Positions 58,184 through 64,000 of a stretch of DNA of 64,000 bases are shown piece after piece. Every line of letters starts with the position of its first letter. The first letter of the stretch is position 1. The position numbers and the translations under genes were made by a program. The notes beneath the pieces are model-generated. The model had not been told where the DNA came from. It made no database searches and saw only the letters and a program-made list of their open reading frames with translations. Source of the DNA: Vulcanimicrobiota bacterium (lineage in GTDB: Bacteria; Vulcanimicrobiota; Vulcanimicrobiia; Eremiobacterales; Eremiobacteraceae). The stretch is taken from assembly GCA_963812135.1 (NCBI GenBank), contig CAWETU010000001.1, positions 1,344,001 to 1,408,000 on the forward strand, read 5' to 3'.

Positions 58184-58331
58184 TGAATGCCAACGCAAGC
58201 ACGACCGCAAGGGCGAGTAGCACGGCAAAGATCCAGGATAGCGACATCGCATAGTGAAGCAGAGCGCCCCACCAGCCGGGAAAAACCGTGTTGGGTTTGT
58301 CCTTGTCTTTCGTCGGGTCGTACCAGTGCAT
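58170..58331 (-). CDS. 53-aa membrane microprotein (not in ORF track)
   Basis: MHWYDPTKDKDKPNTVFPGWWGALLHYAMSLSWIFAVLLALAVVLALAFIKRQ*; ATG 4 nt after the hydrolase stop. Confidence 0.6.
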   Translation of the reverse strand: MHWYDPTKDKDKPNTVFPGWWGALLHYAMSLSWIFAVLLALAVVLALAFIKRQ

Positions 58332-58335
58332 CGAT

Positions 58336-59031
58336 CTACTCGTTGATCGAGGCGACGAACGCCTCGATCTTAGGGTTCACCACATCCGGGCGCTCCGCCA
58401 TTACGACGTGGCCTGCCCCTGGAACCTCGAGCAGTTCGCTGCCCGCGAGATGCTCGGCCAGATAGCGTGAGAACTTCGGCGGTGTGAGCCGGTCCTCGCC
58501 GCCGACAACGATCAACGCCGGCACATGGATGTCAGGCAGCCGGTCCATGTCATCGAAGATATTGCAGGCGGCATAATCGGCGCGCGTCGCTTTCTGGCCG
58601 ACAACCTGATGCCACTCCTCGGCTCGTTTGCGAAGGTCGAGCGACGCGTTCGCCGAGAGCGCGACATCCACGAGCTTGGGGATCGATGCGGGCCACTCGT
58701 TATCGACCATGTCGAAGATCGGTTGTGAGACCCGCAGACGTGCGCCGGTGCCGATGAGGATAAGTCCGGCTGCATCATCGGGAAAGCGCAGCGCCCACTC
58801 CATCGCGATCGCGCCGCCAAGCGAATTGCCGCCGACGATCGCCCGACCTTTGCCGGCCCAACGGATGTATTTGCCGAGCCATTCCGCCATATCACCGACG
58901 GTCGTCAGCGGCTCGCCTTGCGGGTGGCCCGGGAGCGAAACCGCGTCAGAATCAGGAAAAGCGGCGACTTGCTCGCGGAAGCTGTCCTGCGTATAGCCCG
59001 AGCCATGGACCCAAAAGATGCGGCGTGCCAT
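58336..59031 (-). CDS. Alpha/beta fold hydrolase
   Basis: WVHGSG, SLPGH, GNSLGG, GGEDRLTP, AGH. Confidence 0.88.
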   Translation of the reverse strand: MARRIFWVHGSGYTQDSFREQVAAFPDSDAVSLPGHPQGEPLTTVGDMAEWLGKYIRWAGKGRAIVGGNSLGGAIAMEWALRFPDDAAGLILIGTGARLRVSQPIFDMVDNEWPASIPKLVDVALSANASLDLRKRAEEWHQVVGQKATRADYAACNIFDDMDRLPDIHVPALIVVGGEDRLTPPKFSRYLAEHLAGSELLEVPGAGHVVMAERPDVVNPKIEAFVASINE

Positions 59032-59077
59032 TGGGGCGCTTTTCGGATGGGGCGGGCAGCAGCCCCCCAGAGGAAGG

Positions 59078-59106
59078 CGTACGTATGTTCGACGAACCTA
59101 CGTTCG
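59078..59106 (+). promoter_or_regulatory. Tandem LexA (SOS) boxes, Gram-positive CGAAC-N4-GTTCG type
   Basis: CGTAC-GTAT-GTTCG (59078-59091) and CGAAC-CTAC-GTTCG (59093-59106), 1 nt before the ATG. Confidence 0.8.
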
Positions 59107-59107
59107 C

Positions 59108-60921
59108 ATGCTGGATGTCGCGAGCGCGAATGCGTTCGAGAAGCTTGACCTCTGGTCATGTCCCTTTCGGGTCATCGACATCGAGACGACGGGCAGCGTT
59201 GCGGGCAGGCATGCTGTCACGGAGATCGCGCTGGTCGAAGTCGCCGAAGGCCGCATCATGCGGCGCTGGCGCTCGTTCGTCAACCCGCGCCAGCCGATTC
59301 CGCATTTCATCACCGCGCTCACCGGCATCACCGACGATATGGTGGCCGGCGCGCCGCTGATCGGCCGCGTGCTGCCCGACGTGGTCGATTTCATCGGCGA
59401 TGCGATCGTCGTCGGACACAACGTGCGCTTCGACGCCGGTTTCATAGAGCACGAACTGCGCGCGCACGGCCACGGTGGTCTGGCCAATCCGTTGGTCGAC
59501 ACGTTGGTGCTCGCGCGGCGCACGATCGCCGAGGTCGCGAATTATCGGCTGGGGACGCTGACGCGCGAACTAGGGATCGACGTCGAACGGCATCACCGCG
59601 CGCTCGCCGACGCGACCGCCACGGCGCATTTGCTGGTGCACTGCATCCGCAAACTCGAAGATCACGGCGTCTTCACCTACGGCTCGCTGCTCGAGTACTT
59701 GCACACCCGCGCGCAGCCGCGACGGCGCGCATCTCGCAGTTATGTGTCGGCCGCGCAGCTGCCGGTCTGGACGTCGATTCTGCGCGACGAATTGCAAAGC
59801 GTGCCGTCCAAGCCCGGCGTGTATTGCTGAAGGACGCCGGCGATGGCGTGGTCTATGTCGGCAAATCGCGCAACTTGCGCCAGCGGTTGCGCGCGTACGC
59901 GACCGCAGCGATCCCCGCGGGCCCGAAATTGCAGGCCTTGCGCGGCGTTGTCGCATCATTTGACTTTCTGATCGCAGGCTCGGAATTCGAGGCGCTGCTG
60001 CTCGAGGCGCGCCTCGTCCGTCAGCACGATCCGCAGTTCAACGCCCAACTGCGCAATTACAAAGAGTTCGCGTTCATCAAGCTGGAGACGGGCATGCACG
60101 GGCGGGTCTTGACGACGACGCGGCTCGCCGCCGATGGCGCGCGCTATTATGGGCCATATCGCAGCATGCCCGCGGCCCGCGCTGCCGTGGCCGCGCTGCA
60201 AGATGCTCTCGGTTTGCGCGGCGAGGATGCGCCGGCGTCCGACGATCGCGCGGTGCCGCCGGGCCGCGCTGAAGCCCTGGTCGACGAAGCGATCGCGTTC
60301 TTGGAAGGCGGCGCTGACGAGGTGTTGCTTGCGACCGCGCGCCGGAGAGACGAAGCGGCCGCGCGCGGCAGATACGACGTGGCCAGACGAGAAGAACAGC
60401 GGCTCGAGCGTCTACGGGCGCTGCGCGCGAACCACGCCAGCCTCGAATTCGCCGCTGGCCTGAACGTGCTGGTTTTCGCGCCCTCGACCGATCCGGCCAA
60501 CGAGCAATGTTTTCTCTTCTGCGGGGGCAGGCTCAGCGGCCAATGCGTGCTGCCGCGCCGCTTGCCGCAGCGCGATCTTGCGCGCGCGACGCTCGCACAG
60601 CTCTTGCGGGATCATTACCGGCCGACGCAGGCGCCGCGATCGTTCACGCGCCAAGACGAGATCGATCAGGTCTCGATCCTCGCCGCGTGGTATCGGGAGC
60701 GGCGCGACGGCCTGGCGTACGTCGACTTGCCTGCTATCGACCCGCCGGATGCGCTGGCGACGCGCTGGGCCGCGGCGGCGCTGGACGGAGAGCGCTTAGA
60801 TGTGCGCTGGGAAATACCACAAAATCAGGCCGAGCAGCGCCAAGAAGCCGGCCGTCAGGAGATAGAACAGGAATGCGGCGCCGCCATCGTGGCTGGCGCG
60901 GTGCTCGATCTGGCGGGTTGA
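59108..60921 (+). CDS. DEDDh (DnaQ-like) exonuclease fused to UvrC-like GIY-YIG nuclease; one base missing near 59825
   Basis: VIDIETTG, GHNVRFDAGF, HHRALADA; PSKPGVY|LLKD...YVGKSRNLRQRLRAY, EALLLEARLV, YYGPY. Confidence 0.85.
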
Positions 60922-60936
60922 CGTGTCTGCTCGCAT
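60796..60936 (-). CDS. 46-aa membrane microprotein antisense to the nuclease 3' end (not in ORF track)
   Basis: MRADTSTRQIEHRASHDGGAAFLFYLLTAGFLALLGLILWYFPAHI*; GGGTGAG upstream. Confidence 0.5.
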   Translation of the reverse strand: MRADTSTRQIEHRASHDGGAAFLFYLLTAGFLALLGLILWYFPAHI

Positions 60937-61103
60937 GGCTTGCTCACCCTACCGCTTGCGCTGGAAAGTTCGATGAAAATATCATCCTCCGCGGGGGCCC
61001 CCAACGATATGACGGCGCTCACGTCTAGCGAAGGCGAGGGCCATCCGTCCGTCGTACTACGTCGAACGGGGTAGCACTTCAACCGCACTAGGAACGTCCA
61101 CTG

Positions 61104-61874
61104 ATGAAGACTCGCGCCGTCCTCCTCGCCGCCTTGTTCAGCCTCGTACCCGCTGTCGCGCTTGCGATTCCGCATGCGACGGCGCCCGTCAACGTGCTCA
61201 CGAAGGATGCGCTCATCTCGGAGGGCACGCTGATCCGAATCCGCATGCTGACACAGCTGTCGTCGCAGTACAGCGTCTCGGGCGATGGATTCTCATGGGT
61301 CGTCTCCGATGACGTCAAGGTAGGCACGCGCACCGTGATCCCGGCGGGGACGCTCGGCTTCGGCGTGCTCCGCGCGTCCAATAAGGCCCATGGCGGGAAC
61401 ACGCCGGGCTCGTTGCGCCTTGCGTTCTACCCCATCACGCTGACCGATGGCACGAAGGTCGATATCGCGGTCACGCGCGCGAGCGTCGTGTTCGATTCGA
61501 ATGGGAAGAACGGCTACGCGCCGGCGGCCGACGACGTCGCCAACATGATGCTCCCCTATTTCTTCCTGTTCGACGCGCTGCGCAAAGGCCCGGATCAGGT
61601 CATCCAGAAAAATGCGGTGTTCCACGTCGGCGTGCTCGAAGACGTGTTCGTGCCCGCGACCGCGGTCGCGGTGAACGCGACACCGCCGCCGCCGCCAACG
61701 CCCAAGCCGAGTCCGAGCGCCAGCGCCGCGCCTGCGGGCGCACCGGCGAGCGGCACAGCTCCGGCCGGGACTGCGGGGTCGCCGGTTCCGCAAGCATCCG
61801 CGCCTGCTCCACAAGCCACTACTGCCGCTCCGCCACCGTCGCCCGCGCCGCAACCTTCACCGAATACGAAATAG
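61104..61874 (+). CDS. Secreted hypothetical protein with Pro/Ala-rich C-terminal tail
   Basis: Signal peptide; ISEGTLIRIRM...GDGF...VIPAGT...G.L.L beta-rich domain. Confidence 0.75.
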   Translation: MKTRAVLLAALFSLVPAVALAIPHATAPVNVLTKDALISEGTLIRIRMLTQLSSQYSVSGDGFSWVVSDDVKVGTRTVIPAGTLGFGVLRASNKAHGGNTPGSLRLAFYPITLTDGTKVDIAVTRASVVFDSNGKNGYAPAADDVANMMLPYFFLFDALRKGPDQVIQKNAVFHVGVLEDVFVPATAVAVNATPPPPPTPKPSPSASAAPAGAPASGTAPAGTAGSPVPQASAPAPQATTAAPPPSPAPQPSPNTK

Positions 61875-61899
61875 GCGCGTCCAGAACTCGCTCCCTTGA

Positions 61900-62619
61900 T
61901 CAGCGCACGCGATTGGTCAACGTGCCTATGCCCTCGATCGTGACGCTCACTTCATCGCCGCGCTGCATCGGCCCGACGCCGCTCGGCGTCCCAGTCGCGA
62001 TGACATCGCCTGGTTCGAGCGTAAAGGCGGCGCTGATGTATTCGATGAGCGCCGGGATGCCGAAGATGAGCTTGGCGGTCGGACAATCCTGTTTCAGCTC
62101 GCCGTTGAGCCGCGTCTGGACGCGCAGCGCCGCGAGCTCGAGATCGGTGACGATGCACGGACCGAGCGGCGCGAACGTGTCGAAGCCTTTCGCGCGCGCC
62201 CATTGGCCGTCAGTCTCCTGGAGGTCACGAGCGGTGACGTCGTTGCAGATCGTGTAGCCGAGAATCACGTCGAACGCATCGGAACGCGATACGTCGCGGC
62301 AACGCCGGCCGATCACGACGGCGAGCTCGCCCTCATAGTCGACGCGCCGGCTTTGGCGCGGATAGACGATCTCGCCGCCAGGGTCGTTGAGCGCAGACGG
62401 CGCTTTGAGGAAAAGCAACGGCTCTTTGGGCAATGCGTTGCCCATCTCAGCGGCGTGATCCGCGTAATTGCGTCCGACGCCGATGATCTTCGTCGGCAGG
62501 CACGGGGCGAGCACTGTCACGCGCGCGAGCGGCCAACGCTCGCCGCTCGCGTGCGCATCGTCGCCTTCGATCGTGCCCTCGTGCACGCGTCCGTCGACGG
62601 AGAAACGAATGAGCTTCAT
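61900..62619 (-). CDS. Fumarylacetoacetate hydrolase family protein
   Basis: KIIGVGRNYADHAAE, DYEGEL, NDVTARD, AKGFDTF, TGTPSGVG. Confidence 0.92.
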   Translation of the reverse strand: MKLIRFSVDGRVHEGTIEGDDAHASGERWPLARVTVLAPCLPTKIIGVGRNYADHAAEMGNALPKEPLLFLKAPSALNDPGGEIVYPRQSRRVDYEGELAVVIGRRCRDVSRSDAFDVILGYTICNDVTARDLQETDGQWARAKGFDTFAPLGPCIVTDLELAALRVQTRLNGELKQDCPTAKLIFGIPALIEYISAAFTLEPGDVIATGTPSGVGPMQRGDEVSVTIEGIGTLTNRVR

Positions 62620-62702
62620 GCGGACGCGGTTGTGCGCGCGCGGCGTGGATGCCTTCGTCGAAAGGCGCGGCGCACGGGGCCGGGTAAGAGTCGGCCATGG
62701 GC

Positions 62703-64000
62703 ATGCATGAGTTCGATCTTTGCGTCGTCGGCGCGGGTAGCGCCGGATATGCGGCGGCGACGACCGCGCGCCGCATGGGAAAGCGCGCTGCGCTCGTCGA
62801 TTGGGATGGGCCGCTCGGCGGATTGTGCATCTTGCGCGGCTGCATGCCGTCGAAGACCGAATTGCGCTCGGCGGAGGTCGCGCATCTCGCGCGGACCGCA
62901 TGGGAAGTGGGTGTACGGGTCGAGGGCGTCACGCCGGACGTGCCCGCCGTGGTCGCGCGCCAGCGGCGCATTATCGAGGGCTTTGCGGACTACCGGGTGA
63001 GCGGCATCAAAGAGTTTCCGCTCTTCCAAGGGCAGCCCAAGTTCCGAAGCGGCACCGAGCTCGCGGTCGGCGATGAGATCATCCGCGCGCACAAATTCGT
63101 CGTCAGCACTGGTTCCGTGATCAATGTGCCTGAGATTCCGGGTTTGCATGAGACCGGCTATGTGACCAGCGACGACGTGCTCGAGATGGAGCGCCCGCCG
63201 AGAAGCTTCATCACGCTTGGTGGCGGGCCGACCGGATGCGAGCTCTCGCAATATCTGCTGCGTATGGGGTGCTCGGTGACGATGTTGCAGCGCAGCCCGA
63301 CGCTGCTTTCGGCCGAAGACAGCGACATCGGCGCTTCACTCGGCGCCGCGCTCGAGGAAGATGGCATCGAGGTGCACACGGGCATCAAGCTCAAGCGGAT
63401 CGAACGGGTAGGATCGCGCAAACGCGTCGTGGCGCAGCGCGGGCCTGAGGAGCTCGTGGTCGAGGCCGATGAGATCTTCATGGCGCTTGGACGGCGCCCG
63501 AACGTGGAGAGCTTCGGCTTGGAAGCGGCGGGCGTCGGCTTCGACCGCAAGGGCGTGAAGGTCGACGAGTACCTCCAGACCACGAACCCGGACATCTTCG
63601 CGGCCGGCGATGTGATCGGACGTTTCGAGTTGGTGCACGTCGCGGTGTACGAAGGGCAGCTCGCGGCACAGAACGCGTTCTCGGCCGCGAAGAAGAAGGC
63701 GGACCACGACTTGCATTTCGCGCGCGCGTGTTTCACGGATCCGCAAGTCGCGATCGCGGGAAAGACCGAGCGAGAATGCCTCGCCGCAGGCATCGTGTAT
63801 TCGGTCGCGACGTATCCGTTCAACGACCTCGGCAAGGCGATCAGCACCAATTTGACCCAAGGATTCGTCAAGATGCTCGCCGCGTCTGACGGCCGCCTGC
63901 TCGGCGTGTCGCTCGTCGGCGCCGAAGCCGCGGACCTCATCCACGAAGCCATCGCATTGCTGTATTTCAAGGCGAACGTGCGCGATATCTTGGAGATGCC
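62703..64000 (+). CDS. Class I pyridine nucleotide-disulfide oxidoreductase (LpdA/MerA-like), runs off the window end
   Basis: MHEFDLCVVGAGSAG...LGGLCILRGCMPSK...GGGPTGCE...FAAGD; absent from the ORF track because there is no stop in the window. Confidence 0.88.
   Translation, partial: MHEFDLCVVGAGSAGYAAATTARRMGKRAALVDWDGPLGGLCILRGCMPSKTELRSAEVAHLARTAWEVGVRVEGVTPDVPAVVARQRRIIEGFADYRVSGIKEFPLFQGQPKFRSGTELAVGDEIIRAHKFVVSTGSVINVPEIPGLHETGYVTSDDVLEMERPPRSFITLGGGPTGCELSQYLLRMGCSVTMLQRSPTLLSAEDSDIGASLGAALEEDGIEVHTGIKLKRIERVGSRKRVVAQRGPEELVVEADEIFMALGRRPNVESFGLEAAGVGFDRKGVKVDEYLQTTNPDIFAAGDVIGRFELVHVAVYEGQLAAQNAFSAAKKKADHDLHFARACFTDPQVAIAGKTERECLAAGIVYSVATYPFNDLGKAISTNLTQGFVKMLAASDGRLLGVSLVGAEAADLIHEAIALLYFKANVRDILEM

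Noticed and set aside
62703..64000. Specific call as mercuric reductase or lpdA
   Set aside because: C-terminus lies outside the window, with no mer or 2-oxoacid dehydrogenase context

Overview
GC-rich bacterial chromosome window. Gene content and order, stalk-domain secreted proteins and Gram-positive-type LexA boxes suggest a Terrabacteria lineage, possibly Vulcanimicrobiota/Ca. Eremiobacterota (inference only). Layout: (1) 1-12.8 kb, mixed accessory genes: a glutaredoxin-like protein that appears to be a C-terminal selenoprotein (in-frame UGA plus SECIS-like hairpin), two signal-peptide-bearing Hcp-derived proteins with no T6SS in the window, Lhr helicase, TMEM175 channel, Na+/H+ antiporter, PPK2 and a threonine dehydratase. 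(2) 12.8-40 kb, a general-stress island with about ten SigB/SigF-like promoter matches (GTTT-N14-17-GGGWAT; one lies earlier, at 3.2 kb): two TM-PAS-GAF-PP2C-HATPase + STAS modules, an RsbW-like kinase, small stress proteins, Nramp, metallothionein, GT4/glycosidases, DinB, Zn-finger microproteins, a split LigD and LigC/Prim-Pol. (3) 40-44 kb, tldD/tldE with a downstream small peptide and a divergent FAD monooxygenase. (4) 44.4-56.4 kb, core cluster tRNA-Cys-recG-rsmD-coaD...yceD-rpmF-fabH-fabD-fabG-acpP-ffh-rpsP-khpA-rimM, in which GTAG-type REP palindromes sit in frame inside coaD and fabH. (5) 56-64 kb, metabolic genes and a LexA-box-preceded DnaQ/GIY-YIG fusion. A back-to-back pair of structured ~135-nt elements lies at 22.0-22.3 kb. 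Six single-base frameshifts and a degraded poly-C tract indicate imperfect sequence quality. No CRISPR array, rRNA, transposase or prophage was recognised.
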